Positions 1 to 13,929 of a stretch of 64,000 nt of DNA are shown one piece after another; position 1 is the stretch's first letter, and each line of letters opens with the position of its first letter. Position numbers and translations under genes: made by a program. The notes under the pieces were generated by a model. That model searched no databases, had not been told where the DNA came from, and saw nothing but the letters and a program-made list of their open reading frames with translations. This DNA comes from the human T2T-CHM13v2.0 reference genome, Homo sapiens. The stretch lies in the NCBI RefSeq assembly GCF_009914755.1, contig NC_060927.1, one strand, 5' to 3'.

Positions 1-66
1 TCACCATGTTAGCCAGGATGGTCTCGATCTTCTGACCTCGTGATCTGCCCGCCTCGGCCTCCCAAA
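1..66 (-). mobile_element. AluY-like left-arm fragment (cut by window edge; Alu 5' end missing)
   Basis: TTAGCCAGGATGGTCTCGATCT...CTCGTGATCTGCCCGCCTCGGCCTCCCAAA, then an abrupt switch to non-Alu sequence. Confidence 0.9.
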
Positions 67-414
67 CATTTTAGAATATTGAGTTTCAGGGAGGAAACTG
101 TGTCGTTTAGAAAAAACACATTTAATTTTTTCATGAGTTTGATTTGCTTCTAATGGTCATCTTGAATTATTTTCAAATATCATATAACATGAAAATAGTG
201 GAAGATAGTTTTATGCTTATCAAAGGTGTTTATATACTAGATGTGTATATACTAGAATCAGAAGTACTACTTTTAAAAGTGCTGTTTTCTTCCTGGGTCA
301 GTCACTCAGTTCTTTTTGAGTTTGTGTTATTACATCCTCTATAGAGGCCACAAGTTGAAGTCTGTTGCCAATTTAGACAAAACGCTGATAGTAATGGCCA
401 TTGCTATACTGTCT

Positions 415-615
415 TGAAGGTTTGCTATGTACCAGGTATTATGTAAATATTTTCCCAATTCAATCTCCTGTAATACACTAAGTAATCCCTTCAGAAGCAG
501 CTACTATTATCCTCAACACATAGATGAGGAAATTAAGGCATACTAAGTTTAAGACACTTAACCAAGACCACATAGCTAGTTAATATCACAGCCAGAATTT
601 TCACCCTGTCTGATT
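415..615 (-). mobile_element. MIR SINE
   Basis: AGATGAGGAAATTAAGGCA...CAAGACCACATAGCTAGT matches the reverse-complement MIR core. Confidence 0.75.
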
Positions 616-1079
616 TGATAAACAGTTGATCCTTGGAAATAGGATGTGGGCATCTGTATTTAATTAGGCTCTATGAAACTAATTCTTAGTTAAAACAATA
701 GTTCAAATGGAGTGCCCTCTTTATATAATGAATAAAGGGAATGTTTCGGAACAAGATTTAATGTATTGCCTTGACAGGATGTGGCCATGACTGACCGTTT
801 TTGCTATCTGTTTAGTATTAATTACATTACCAGCATTTTTTTTTCAACCTTACAGGAACTTTAATGCATCATTTTTATCCTTCTATTAGGATCTGGTGCT
901 CTTGATGCTGCTATCTATTCTCCAGTAGCATTTTTGGCTAGCCAAAAAAGTCTATAGTCATCTTGTCTCAAATTAAAGGCTATTTTCAGGGTTATCTGGT
1001 TTTCTTTTCCATGATATATGTAGAAGATAAGTGTTTTCCCTATTACCTATTATCTTCTCTCATTAAATACTACATTTAG

Positions 1080-1478
<399 letters not shown>

Positions 1479-1779
1479 TAAAAACAAATAGCGTTCATGC
1501 AAAAATGTGCTGACCTAAAGAATTTCATTCTTTATTTTGAACTTTATTGAAGATATAATCATTAACTCAAACATGTCCTAGATCTTCGGAGCCAAAATCT
1601 CCAGGGAAGGGGTTTAGAAAACTGTCTTTTTATCTTTATGAAACTTTGAGCCTCTACATTTACCTCTACTTTCACAATCTGGACTTTGAGCTACAATTGT
1701 CTAAAAGCCCACCAGCATTTTTCAAAATGATTCTTACTGAAGTCTTCTTTCAAAATGTATTCTTTCATTGACACATAAC

Positions 1780-2545
1780 ATTTTCTATTATTAATGGTGT
1801 ACATATGAGTGTGTGTTAGATGCATAGAATGTGTTCCAACCAAGTCAGGGTAGAGGAGGTATCCATCACCTTTCGTCATTTCTATGTGTTGGTATCATTT
1901 CAAGTCCCCTCTTCTAGTTACTTTGAAATACACAAAATATCATTGCTAAGTATCATCACCCACTCTGTTATCAAACCTTGGAACTTATTTCTTCTATCTG
2001 ACTCTATGTTTGTACCCATGAACCAACCTCTCTTCATGTCTCCTTCCATCTACACACCCTTCCTAGCCTTTGGTATCTATCATTCTATTCTCTACGTCCA
2101 TGAGATCAAGTGTAGCTCTCACATATGCGTGAGAATATGTAGCATTTGTCTTTCTGTATCTGGCTCATTTCACTTAACATAATGACCTACAGTTTCATCC
2201 ATGTTGCTACAAATGACATGTATGCATTATTTTTTATGGCTGAATAGTATTCCATATCGTGTACGTGTGTTTGTGTGTGTATATATAGATATAGATATAT
2301 ATCTCATATTTTCTTTATCTTTCACCCATTGATGGGCTCTTAGGTTGATTCCATATCTTGGCTATTGTGAATAATGCTGCTCTAAACATGTGAGTGTGGG
2401 CATCATTTTTATATACAGCTTTCTTTTTTCTTTGAATAAATATGCAGTAGTTGGATTGCTGGATCGTATGTTAGTTCTATTTATAGTTTTTTGAGAAATC
2501 TGCATACTGTTTTCCATAGTGGTTGCACTAACTTATATTCCCACG
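1780..2545 (-). mobile_element. L1MA-type (about L1MA4/5) 3' end
   Basis: GGTATCCATCACC, CTTCTAGTTACTTTGAAATA, TTCATCCATGTTGCTACAAATGAC, TTTTTATGGCTGAATAGTATTCCAT, TTTTCCATAGTGGTTGCACTAA. Confidence 0.85.
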
Positions 2546-2859
2546 AAATGTGTGTATGTGTGTTTTGCCTAGACTTTAATAAGATTATGAAACTTCTGAA
2601 TATATTGAACATCTTATGCTATATAAAACATTTTGTTCTCAGATACACAGAAAATAAATATTCCTTTGTGTTTATATTCTTATCGCTACAAATTTAGATA
2701 TTTGATGTTAGATTGATTCCAGGCTAACCAGGAAAGATTCTCTAGAGAAGATGAAAATTTAACTATGTTAAGAGTACAGAAATAGTCAGTTATATGGGAA
2801 CAGGTTTTTTAACATCTAGAGGAAGATGTGATAGCTGAGATATAATATTTATGATTGGA

Positions 2860-3480
2860 AACATTTCAAATATCATTTTCTATAAATATTAGAAAAGCAA
2901 ATTCAGACTCAAGCAATATAGGCATAGTATTGCTTCAGTTAAAAGAAAAAGTTCAGGTGTGGACCGAGGTCAGATCTGTTTTGACAAGGACTCTGGCCCT
3001 GTCCACCTGGGTCACCCACTCGAACATGTGGCAGCCTAATTGTCAGACAGAAAGAAAATGGTTGTGGGAAATCTAGGCCTCGTGTCAGTATTTAAAGTTC
3101 AGAGGAGGAGAGATGATCTCTTTCAGTGGTTCTCTCTTAGGAACTGAGATTATCTCTTCCAGACATTCTCTCTTAGGAGCAAGAGCATCTCTTTTTCATG
3201 CCCAGAGCAAAAATCTACTGAGTTTTGTCAGCTAATATTGGGTTACCCATCAATTATTTAACCAGTCTTTTTGGTCAAGAAAATGTCATGAAATCTATTG
3301 GCTTAGCCTTGCATTCCTGAGTCCATTGTGGACAAAGGGAAAATGATTCCGTTAGCTTAGTCAGCTCTGGAGGTTAGGCTGGTTCTCCTTGAAGCACACA
3401 GCTACCTTGTGGGGAAGGATGCATACATACATGGAAACATAGCAGAAATGAGTGCTAGGTGGGCAAATAACCACTGCAGA
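2860..3480 (-). mobile_element. Old MaLR LTR (MLT1K/L-like), degraded
   Basis: AACCAGTC...TGGTCAAGAAAATG...CTATTGGCTTAGCC resembles old MLT1 sequence; boundaries uncertain. Confidence 0.4.
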
Positions 3481-6400
3481 AATAGGAAGACCTGGGTAAA
3501 GTGTTAGAAGTGTTCTCTGCAGTACCATCACATTCTGACTTCCCCATTGGGACTGCCAGACAGACCATTGCTTTTTAACAGAAGTGGGAAAATACCGGAT
3601 CCAGTACTGCATTAATTTGTAGAGCAATTTTTTGCCTCCTTGCATGTGTGATTACTCACATTAAAAATAGCTTTCTAAGAGAAAAACGATGTGAAATTTA
3701 TGTTTTAGGTCAATATGTTGGGGATTTCTGAGCTGTTTTTCATTTGTAAATAAGTAACTCAATGAAAACTCAAAAGGCTTGGCTCCAGATATGTAAATAA
3801 TTAATAACTAGCTTGCTTTATGGGTGACTTATTTGAATATTATCTCTAAAAATAACTACAGAAGGACGGTAGCAGTGTGGAAGAATGACTGTGCTGTACA
3901 TTGGGATTGAAGCATGAGCATATGAAGACTAGGGTTTTAGGCTTCAGACAATGTCAGTTTTCCTTTGTCCTTTCATAATTTAAGACAGTTGTTTCCAAAC
4001 ATCACATGCAGTCTGTAGAAGTTAACAGCAATGTTCATATGAACTGGGTAAATTGGTCTTGGCTTTCAGAAACTTATTGAAAATAATAACTGCAAAAGGC
4101 TGAAGATCTGGTCGTGGGTGGTGCATTGGATTTAATGTCACGTTGTCTAGTGCAATTTGTAACTGTGAATTAATAATTTGGGAAAGATCTTTAGGTGGGA
4201 CCATGAAATTGTTTATTTCAACTCAGTCAACCGAGTAACATAGACTTCTGATGGTGCCAGGGAACAGAGTCTGCCTTCAAGGGCTGGCCTTAATTCAGAA
4301 GCACATAATTCATTCAGAACCATACACCAAGTGTGATTATTAGGCTGTGCCATTTTTGTTTAATACTCTTATATAATGTTTCCTTTTGATATTGCTTTCC
4401 AATAATAAGAATCACTGATTTCAATGTTTCTCTGAGATGGCAAGTCTCTATTTGAGGATGAATTTAACATTTGAAAATACAACAAAGCTGTTCAGTACAG
4501 TGTCTGGGTAATTATGTGGTATGGTGATTCACCACGGGGAAGCAGGGAAGGTAACACCCAGACGTGAATGCAGAAAATAACACTCATTTTACGTGTGGCT
4601 GATAAACTGGCCATAAAGGGGATTTCAAAAGAGAAATGTGTATTGATAATATGCTAATCGTAACCACATGGAGGGAAGACCCCTTTGAACCATCTAAGTG
4701 TTAAGTTTATTTAAACAACCTGGCTCAAATTAGAAATTAATAGAATTGAGCTATGTGTCTTTAAGTCATTCTTAAAATTTCCCTCAAGTACCTCAGTGTG
4801 TTAGACATAATTCTCTTTATTCATGACATTGTATCAATACTCTGGTCGTAACTGAAATATACACTAAAGTCTGATATTCAGGTGAGGAGCCTCTGTCATG
4901 CCATTACTGTTGTGTTGTGGTAAGGGGGCATGAAAATGCATTTGGTTCTATGTTCCTTAGTCTTTTTGCTTTCATTTTCTCTTTCTCTTTTTCACTGCCT
5001 GCTTCTGGCTACTTCCCTGCTTATTAGATCGCTCATTAGAAGGCAGATAGGGAAATCAGAAGGTAATGAAATTTAAATCTGCTAATTCTGCAACTTGTTA
5101 GCAGTTCCTATTAAATGTTCAGTGGGAGAAGGAGCTGTTACGACTAACTAAAATGAAGCTGAGGGATAATCTATGGAATTTATTTAACTGTTGCTAATTC
5201 ATTAATAATTGATAATTAGGCAAACCAATTTATTGCACAACTAAATGATGTCAGATGTTCCTTTTTTGGAGATACTGATGGTTAAAAAAATTTCTGGAAA
5301 GGAAATCAAGTATTGTAAGTTTAATAAACCTCAGATTTAATAAAGAAAGGTCCATGACCTCACAAAGCCAACCTCCTTTATTCCCTGGGACATTTGACAG
5401 TGCTAACAATGGCTACATTGTATCATCTTGGACCAGGAAAAAAATAACCCTGTTGTTTCTGAGGTACAAGACAGGAGAGCCTATATTTATATCTGCTAAA
5501 TATTTGCAAGGAAAGCAAAAGGAGAGATGGCACCTGAGAAAAGTTAGAGGTGTTGGTAGCATTCAGGGCCCAGCTTATTATCATGTGACTATAATTGGTC
5601 TTAAGAACAAGGTGATGTAAAGGAAATGTGAAGCCACTTCAGCCTTCCCTTATTATTCGACGGGTTCTAATGGATGCTTTCTTCTGAAGAGCTGGCTTTA
5701 CAATAGACTCAGAACCCCCAGGTGTTGGGGGATGCTTATGTGGATGGAGTGTCAGAGAAGTTTTTGTTGAAAATATGGACAAGATATATATATGTAAAAT
5801 GAAGTCGGAGTTATGGCTAAAGATGATTTGCATACAGACAGTTTGGATGGAAATAAGTAACAATAAAGAAAGCTAGCATGAGAAATTAAATGTAATCTGA
5901 AAGAGAAATAGAAGAAAACAGAAGGAAAACAATGTTCGCTGGGAAGCATGCAAAAGATGAAGGAATGCATTCACTACTGCCCAAGTGAGCTTCTGTAATG
6001 CTAACTTTCTCACAGCCTTCCGCCATTAGAGACATGGGGACAGTGGCTCTTCACCTTGACTGAGAGTTGGCAATGCCCGAGGAGTTTGGAAATATACTCG
6101 TGCCTGCATCTCATTCCTGGAGATTCTGAGTTGATGGAGACAGGGCAGGGCTTCTGCATCAGGAGCTTGCAAAGTGGCCCGGATGCCTCTCAAAAATGAC
6201 TGAGCTTGCCAAGTGTTTCTGTGAAATATGCAAATTTCATTTAATGCCATCTTCCCTCACTGTGTCTTAGTTTCCTTTTCATCTACAGGCTGACTCTTCC
6301 TATTCTTCCCATCACCTTATCCCCTTCACATACACTGTCTTAACCTCAACAGAAACCCGAATAGCATGATATAATACCCTAACACCCAGTCTTCATCTAA

Positions 6401-7169
6401 CATGTAGCTCCTCTCTCAGATACAAGGGGAGAGAGAAGCAAAGGGCTAGAAGCAAATTCCTAATACTAGTGTCTTCATAAACCGAGATTTCAATATCAAG
6501 TGAAGGATTCTCTCTCCTGGGCTTCAGCTTAGGACACTAATTGTGTAGGATGTGAGACTCTGGAATAAGAAACAGTAGAACAATAGTAGATATATCAGAT
6601 TTTTAAAACACTACTAGCACAACTTTCAGAATTATTTTACTTTCTTTCCAAATCATACTGGTTTTGCTACATCTGTTCAAAAGCAAAATGAAAATGGCAC
6701 ATTTTATCTTTCATATGCCTCTGTAATTATAACCGTGAAAGTGGAATATATTTATTCAAACTTGTTTCTTTTTAAATGAAATGTCGGAGGCACAAAGGAG
6801 AAATACTATTAAATAGATCATTTAGAGATTCCAGGCCTTCTATATTTAGTACAGCTGCCTTAAGATTGAATGTGGCAAGATAAATTGAGAAGGTGCTTAG
6901 AAAAAGACATTAGTACTTTTTACAGCAGCATATTCAGCCATTATTATTCTTCAGAATCAGAGAGGATAAACATTTCAGCCACCCATTCGATATCTCTCCA
7001 AAAGTCTCATTCATTTGTTCATTCATTCATTCACTCATTTATTTTTTCAGATAATTTTTTCAGTGGCAATAATACTAAAAGAGAGTGAAGAATAGATATG
7101 GACCTGGCCTTCACTGACCTCAATGTCTTCCTTAGCAATGACTGGCCATAAGGAGACGGAAAGGTGAGT

Positions 7170-7308
7170 TCAGTGCAGTGGGCTTGGGGCTAGATGGTCT
7201 GGAGCTACAGTTCTCAGTTTGGTAATGTTGCTGTTCTCCTTGCTGGTGCGTGACCTTAGTCAAGTTATTTCGCTTCTCTCAGCCTTGGTTTTCTCATCTG
7301 CGGGATAC
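7170..7308 (+). mobile_element. MIR SINE
   Basis: GTGACCTTAGTCAAGTTATTTCGCTTCTCTCAGCCTTGGTTTTCTCATCTG core. Confidence 0.7.
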
Positions 7309-7309
7309 A

Positions 7310-7430
7310 GATTTATTTTAAAAAATCTATATTGAGCCCCTTCTGTGTATCAGGTTCTGTGCTGGGTGGTTGAGATACAAAAGCAAGCAAGATGGAAGGG
7401 AGGTTTGCTCAGAGGGCCTATATATACCCA
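7310..7430 (-). mobile_element. L2 3' fragment
   Basis: TATTGAGCCCCTTCTGTGTATCAGGTTCTGTGCTGGG...GAGATACA; a (TTCA)n L2 tail also lies at about 7010-7045. Confidence 0.6.
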
Positions 7431-7773
7431 GCACCAGGTATAATAAACACTAGCTGATATCGTAGTATTATCACGGGACTCTGTTGGGTCCTGTGGGGGT
7501 TCAGACCATCATGGGTGCTTACTGATACATCTGATTGTAGTTCCATAAAACACATTCTTTCATTTAACCAAATCGTGGTATTACTCCATACTGCTCTGCA
7601 ATTTGCCTTTTCTAGCAAGTGTCTGAGTGTAAGAGCAAAGGTGGTGAACACCTAATATGATCCTGGATAGAATTTTCCCAAGAGGGTATAATAGATAAGC
7701 AATCACGTGATTTCAGAGTTCAGCAAGAGCATAGTTGAATGTACCTTCCACAAGTTCAGTAATACTGTCTGTG

Positions 7774-8136
7774 CAGATGCTCCTTGACTTACGATGGGAT
7801 TATGTCCTGATAAAACCATCATAAGTTGAAAATATCATGAATGAAAATGCATACACCTAACTTACTGAATCTCACAGCCTTGCCTAGTCTACTTAACACA
7901 TGTTAGTACACTTACATTAGCCTACAGTTGAGCAAAGTTATCTGTTTTACTCAAAGCCTATTGTAAAATAAAGTATTGAAGATCTCATATAATTTATTGA
8001 ATGCTGTACTGAAAGTACAAATCAGAGTGGTTTTAGGGTGACTCAAACTATAGTTTCTCCTGAATATGTAACACTTTCACATCATCATAAATTTGTCACA
8101 TCCTAGGTCAAACCACTGTAACTTGAATACTGTTTG
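7774..8136 (+). mobile_element. MER47A (TcMar-Tigger MITE)
   Basis: Begins CAGATGCTCCTTGACTTACGATGGG; internal CTTACATTAGCCTACAGTTG; degenerate terminal inverted repeat at the right end. Confidence 0.85.
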
Positions 8137-8139
8137 AAC

Positions 8140-8225
8140 TGTTTATTGCTGTATTTCCAAGAAAGACCAATGCCTGGAAAACCCCTAGGAACTTGAGATA
8201 TATTTGAGTGAAGAAATGAATGAAG
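8140..8225 (+). mobile_element. L2 3' terminus
   Basis: GCTGTATTTCCAAG...TGCCTGG...ATATTTGAGTGAAGAAATGAATGAA. Confidence 0.55.
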
Positions 8226-10084
8226 TGGAGGATCCAAGTTGGATAGATAAATGAATAAGGACATAAGAGAAGGAGACCCACAGAGAGAGAAAATTGAGAA
8301 GTTAAACATCCAGAGACAATGTGCTCTGAGTGATGGAGGTCATTGCCAGAAGATCAGGCATTTGATTGAAAGCTTTAAAAGAAGATGCAGTTCAGAAAAT
8401 GTTAAGAGCCAGGTAGAGACTGCACTATGGCAGGCATAGAGAATGTGGAATGTACGAGAAACACGTGTGGAACTAAAAAGCTGTCTGTTGACGAGGTAGC
8501 TCAAAGGCATATGGAAGTCATTGCAGGAGGAAGGGCTTAAAACTGAAGAGAAGGCATACAAACCAGATGCAAAGTGTTCAACGAAGGTAGAGCAGACCAG
8601 ATTAGCCAAGAGCCATAAGAAAGGATGAGAGATGAGGTGGGTAGAAGTAGAGAAGGCCTTAAAGGGTAATTTTTAATTTATTTTGTTTTTTTACATGAGG
8701 ATAAAGGATCAACGGTCTCGGCAGGAGAGAGGCCTGTCTCACCTCTCAAGTACAAGGGGAGAGGGAAGTAAAGACAAGAAGTGAAAAGACCCAAGCCGTA
8801 AAACATTTAAGCAAGATTGTCTGGCAGCATGTACTAACTCATTACCATTCTTGCAGAGAGGATCTTTTAGGCATGTTAATAAAATGTTTCTGTTCAGTCT
8901 ATCTAGGAGACTCATCTTCATCAGCTGTTCACAGTTCAATCCCATAAAATATCTCTTTGTGCTCAACTATTGCCACATTCTTCATGGTAATGGGCAGTGG
9001 CTTGGATGCTGAGTTAAGAAATCTTAGCTAAGAAACTTCCCACACAACATTTGTTGCACAAAGCTGGCAAAAGTATTATCAGCTTAAACAAATGGAGGAT
9101 TTACTCAGTTCCCATCTATTAGCTACATGGCTTCACAGCCATTAGAAACATACCCTAAGAAGCTTTCCTACCGCTATCTTATAAAGCCTTAGTCTTCCAT
9201 TCAGCATGCTGATGAGGCTTGTAATATCTTTGAAAGATTTGTTATCCTTAAAGAAAACACTTAATATTAGTTCAAAAAAATCTGATAAACTGTAGGGAGA
9301 AGAGGGATGTGAAAGTGTAAGGCCAGGTGTTACAGAACGTATGTGTTTTTAAGAATCAAGTGAAGAAAAGAAATGCCAAAAGCACCACAGATGGAATTTT
9401 AATGGAAATTTTTTTTTGTAATTTAAGATCCTGCACCCTTCAAAAATAAAAGAAATGTTCAAGAAATATATAAAACAAAATATCTGACTGTGTCAGCATC
9501 TAAGCTGATATTCAGGATAATGTTCGCCAAGAAAGCCTCTGTGACTACCCTACCCTTTCCTCACACGCTCTGGGCATGTGATAGGAAAGACAAAAAGATA
9601 CAGCGATAAAGACAATTATGAACATGCTGTGTATTGTTTTTTTTTTTTTGAGGAATTATAATGTTCTGTTTTGTGCCTTGTAAATTTTAAACTGATGTTA
9701 CTCTGGTGGAAGGCTGGCATGATGAATAATTCATAAAATGGGGACTACCCAATATTAGAAATGAAAATCACTTATTAAATGAAGAAGTCTCTATCCCTGG
9801 TGGTGCTAAGTCATAGGAAGTAATATTATCCACCAGTTTCATTCCCAGGTGAAAAGGCAACTCCATAAATAAATAACCAACCAACTAGGTTTTTATTATT
9901 TTGTTTATTACTGACGTGTTCAGACCTCTTGACAGTATGATATTTGGCATATCTTTAAAAAGTAGACTTTTCTTCTTCACCTTTGACTAAAGTACCCCAC
10001 CTTTGATTAAAATATATGTATGATTTGAACAAGTCTTGTAAATGCCAAATGCAAAAAGATGAATTCTGCATAAACTCTAATAGA

Positions 10085-10262
10085 ATTTTGCAAACTACAG
10101 TGTGCATCCAAAATACCTGAGCTGCTTGTTAAATTTGTAGAAACTCCTCTTGGACTTCAAATCAGATTTCTTACAGGTAAGACACCAAAATGTGTACCTT
10201 TAATAGCACCCTCTGGGATTCTGATGCAGGTGGAAAGAGAGCCAGACAATGATAAACATCGG
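10085..10262. mobile_element. MER5A-like hAT-Charlie MITE
   Basis: CAAACTACAGTGTGCATCCAAAATACCTGAGCTGCTTGTTAAA...GGGATTCTGATGCAGGTGG. Confidence 0.65.
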
Positions 10263-11171
10263 ATTTGTTGATGGATCATCTAGGGTTCCTGAGTGGGAGT
10301 GTTGTAGCCTGAAACCCTACCTGGTAAAGCCTTGCTCTGGTTTTTACCAGGTAAAATAAAGTCAACCCATTACCTTTTGAGAATCAGCAGATAAGATCTA
10401 TTTTGGGGGTTGAATTTTATATAAACCTATTAAAAAGGGCCAAATAGTTCCCAGCTTTCAAAATTAGCTTTCTGTTCTCCCAACCAAAAAAAAAAAAAAA
10501 AAAAAAATCACACTGAAGGGAAAAAATTCTTTGTTGCGGATGTCAACAGGAATAGCTACAAAAGGCAAGTACCAGAAGAAATTCATTTTGCACTTTAGGG
10601 TTCACATCGGACTTAATGACACAAATAATTAATGAGGAATGTAAGGGAGCCAGCTCTTTTTCCTGACCCCTCTGCTGCAGCTGACAGTACCAATCTCAGC
10701 CACCTTCATTAAAACTTTTTCACTTTTGACTTCCCCGACTTGGTGTTCTTCAGTCACCCTAGCTCCGTGGCCGTTTTTGTCTGGCACCTTTTTTTTTTTC
10801 TCCAATTAACTGATGCAGTTCCCTCAGGCGTAGCTCTTTCTTCAAATAGCATCAACTAGCATAGGCCTGAACATCCCTTACCAAACCACCTCCTCAGCCT
10901 TTACTTCACTGACACCAAAATTCTACACAATTTCCAGTTGAAGTACCACATTCATATGTCAAAAATAGTATTAATCCCCCTTCTAAATGAGGCATAGTTT
11001 TTCAAGCTTTTTGGCTTCTGTCATTCCTTTGGGTCTTTTTTTTTTTTTCCTTTTTCTTTTTGGACTGAGCTTTAGATCCAGGCCTAGTATTTCATTTCTG
11101 CCTAATGGTAAGGAAATGGAAATATCTACCTGGTTTTCCTAATTCTTCTCTCACTCTCATTTATTTCTTTT

Positions 11172-11700
11172 TCTCCATTCATTCATTCATTCATTCATTC
11201 AATATCCATTCATTCATCCATCAATTCATCTATCCAATAAATAGATATTAAGTCCAGTGATAATTAAAACAAAACAAAATAGCAAGAGTCCAGTCTGTGG
11301 GAAACTTTGAAGAGACATTAGTGAAATAATCACAAAAAATATATAGTTGCGAACTCATATGAGGACTGAGAAAGAAATGCCCAGGATATTGCAGAATTAA
11401 TAACTGGAAAACCTGGTCTCTCGGGAATACAGGAAGAGAAGAAGGAAGGTAATTTTGTACAATGTAGCTTCCAGCTGAAAGAAAACTTTATCTGGCTAAA
11501 GCTGAGTGGAGCAAGAAAATAACATTATAAAGTTTTATTTATGTTTTTATTCATTCATCCATTCATCCACTACCCAATCACCAAATATTTGAGTGGTTAC
11601 TTTGTGCCTGGTGCTGTACTAAAAGTGAGATTTTATTGTTCAACAATTCAACAAATATTTATCACATCCTCATCACCTGTCAGGCATTGAGAAGACACTG
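11172..11700 (-). mobile_element. Cluster of L2 3' fragments with (CATT)n tails
   Basis: (CATT)n arrays followed by AAATATTTGAGTGGTTACTTTGTGCCTGG and CAACAAATATTTAT. Confidence 0.6.
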
Positions 11701-12214
11701 CATGCTGAGTTTCCACTGCTCATGTATGCCTGTGTGCCCTAGTAAAGCCCAGTGAATAGTGGCTGGAGTGGAGGGAGGTGTTAATAGCATTATTGTAGCT
11801 GCAACTGTTACTGCATGTTGTTTTGGTCTTGTAAAACTTGGTTCGAAATGCACAACTATTTGGAGGCCCTTTCAGATTTTTACCATCCTGATTCTGTTCT
11901 ATTTTTATGCGTTTACCTCCCCCATGCTCTCACTGAGCTCTGAGTTAAATACTATTTCTTTCAATCCCTGCTCAAGGCAACAGAGACTGTACTTTAGATA
12001 CCAACTTAACCAGTCAAAAACAAAATTCTTAGACAATTCTTTTCCAGAGGTCTAAGAAAGAAGGTATTGTTTTATCATCTTGATATGAAAATTGGATTTG
12101 AACAGTATTATCCAAATCCTTCTCTTCAAGATTGATGATAATCATGCCTTTCTTTCTTTCAAATATCTAAGGAGTATACCACTCATTTATCTCATAATAA
12201 GATTATTGAGTAGC

Positions 12215-12340
12215 AAATCATACAACTTAAGAGGTAGTAAGGCCCTTGGAGATCACCCGCTTCAATCTCTTAATGTTACAGACTGAATGAAAATGAAGCT
12301 CAGGGATGTTAATTGACTTGATCATAGTTACGCAAATACA
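12215..12340 (-). mobile_element. MIR3/MIRc
   Basis: GGCCCTTGGAGATCACC...ACAGA...AAAATGAAGCTCAGGGATGTTAATTGACTTG. Confidence 0.6.
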
Positions 12341-12360
12341 TCATAGGCATTCATATACGA

Positions 12361-12742
12361 TGTCTGAAGTTAGGTTCTCTGGAAAACAGCCTATGAGACA
12401 CAGATGTATATACAGGAGGTTTACTGGGGAGAACTCTGGAAAACATTTGTGAGGGAATGGCGGGAACAGGAGGATAGAGGAAGACGATGAACTTCTACGC
12501 AGTCACAACACAGGCCTCAGTTGAGCCCATAGTGGATTCTGGGTTGGGTTCATTTCCAGAGCTGCCCTGCCTTGAGGCACTTGGACAAGTCACTAGAAAT
12601 GGACTGCCCCTGGAGACGGAGCATGGCTTTGGACAGGGGCAATTCTAGGAGAAAAACCAGCTGCCAGTACTCCCAGCAGCTGGGAGAGTTAGGGCCTTGG
12701 TGCTGAAGGGGATCTGGGCAGCTCACTGCAGCATCTACCCTA
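12361..12742 (-). mobile_element. LTR16-family (ERVL) solo LTR
   Basis: TAGGTTCTCTGGAAAACAG...AGGAGGTTTACTGGGGAG...CCCAGCAGCTGGG...GAAGGGGATCTGGGC. Confidence 0.7.
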
Positions 12743-13159
12743 ATAGATGAGGATAGTTTCATAAAAAGTATGTCCCAGTAAAGAACAGCAAAGGGCTTTA
12801 TATTTGACTTCTTGCTAAGTATCTCATTACTGGATATTTTTTAAATTCTCTTATTCTAAACAAAAAGTACTACTTGAAAAAGATACGTTTGCCTGAAAAA
12901 TTTTATTTAATGTTAGTTTTGGATGCTCACAGAGCTCATCTGAACTAATCAGCCAAAAAAAAAAAAAAGACAACACAGTGATGATTCTTGGGGATAAGAA
13001 CTCATAAATGAAGCATCTTATATTGCCGTTTTGGAAGGTCACCTACGATGCAATATAATGAATGTAGAAGTCATGAATATGCATCTGCAGGAAAGTGAGA
13101 AAACAACATTTCTAGAAAGAGCCTGTTAATTGGATTAACAAAAACCTAGTTTCTCAAAT

Positions 13160-13405
13160 TCTTAATTCAACAAATGTTTATTGAGCCTCTCATGTGTTCC
13201 AAACAATGTTCTAAGTGTTCGAGCTTCAGAAGCAAACAAGACAAAGCCCCTAAGGCTTGACCCCTTAGAGTTCATCCTATTGGTTTTCTTCACATCTTTA
13301 GCATCTTATTGTGGATTTCTGGATAACGGAGCTATGTTCTACTTTTCTTTATATCTCTAATGCTTTGCTTCATGCCTGGCGTATAAATGTTTGTTGAATG
13401 AAAAA
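13160..13405. mobile_element. Two L2 3' fragments in opposite orientations
   Basis: ATTCAACAAATGTTTATTGAGC (minus) and TGCCTGGC...AAATGTTTGTTGAATGAA (plus). Confidence 0.55.
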
Positions 13406-13929
13406 TGTAATAAACTCTTTTACACATGTAGACAAGTACTTGAGCTACAGCCATCACACCTCTAAATATTTAATTGCTGAACAAATGTTTGTTTTATCTC
13501 CAGCCAGATTTCAGAGATGTCATAAATCTTCCTGAGGCAGACTATAAGGGAAGGAAAATGCTGGCAGGTTTGAAAAATACGTTCAGAGAAAAAGAATACA
13601 ATTGGGTAGTGACTGGAATAAATAATCTTGGGTTTGTTTTTTTTGTTGTTGGCCTCATTATCTGAGCATGGTTATTCAGACACCTAGAGATTTTTCCTAA
13701 GAAGGTTACAGAGTTTGTAACATTGGATTCTTTATATATTCCAGGATTTTTCCAAGATTAGTATTTAGAAAGACCTAAAAACCTCATTCACAAATAATGA
13801 CATGTCTTTATTTAAACCTCTTTCAAAGTGAGAAATATATCTTATTTCTGTTTGATGAAATCATATACTTGTTATGTATTTGAAAAAGCGACCTCTACAA
13901 CACTGGGTGAATGAGATGACAAGGTGGTG

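Noticed and set aside
227-256. Short tandem duplications (15 bp here; others near 18651, 27536, 29261, 31806 and 63737)
   Set aside because: Ordinary slippage products with no evidence of function
10165-10185. TTCTTACAG|GTAAGA recursive-site-like motif (also TACAG|GTAAGT at about 18385)
   Set aside because: Both lie inside transposon remnants with poor pyrimidine tracts
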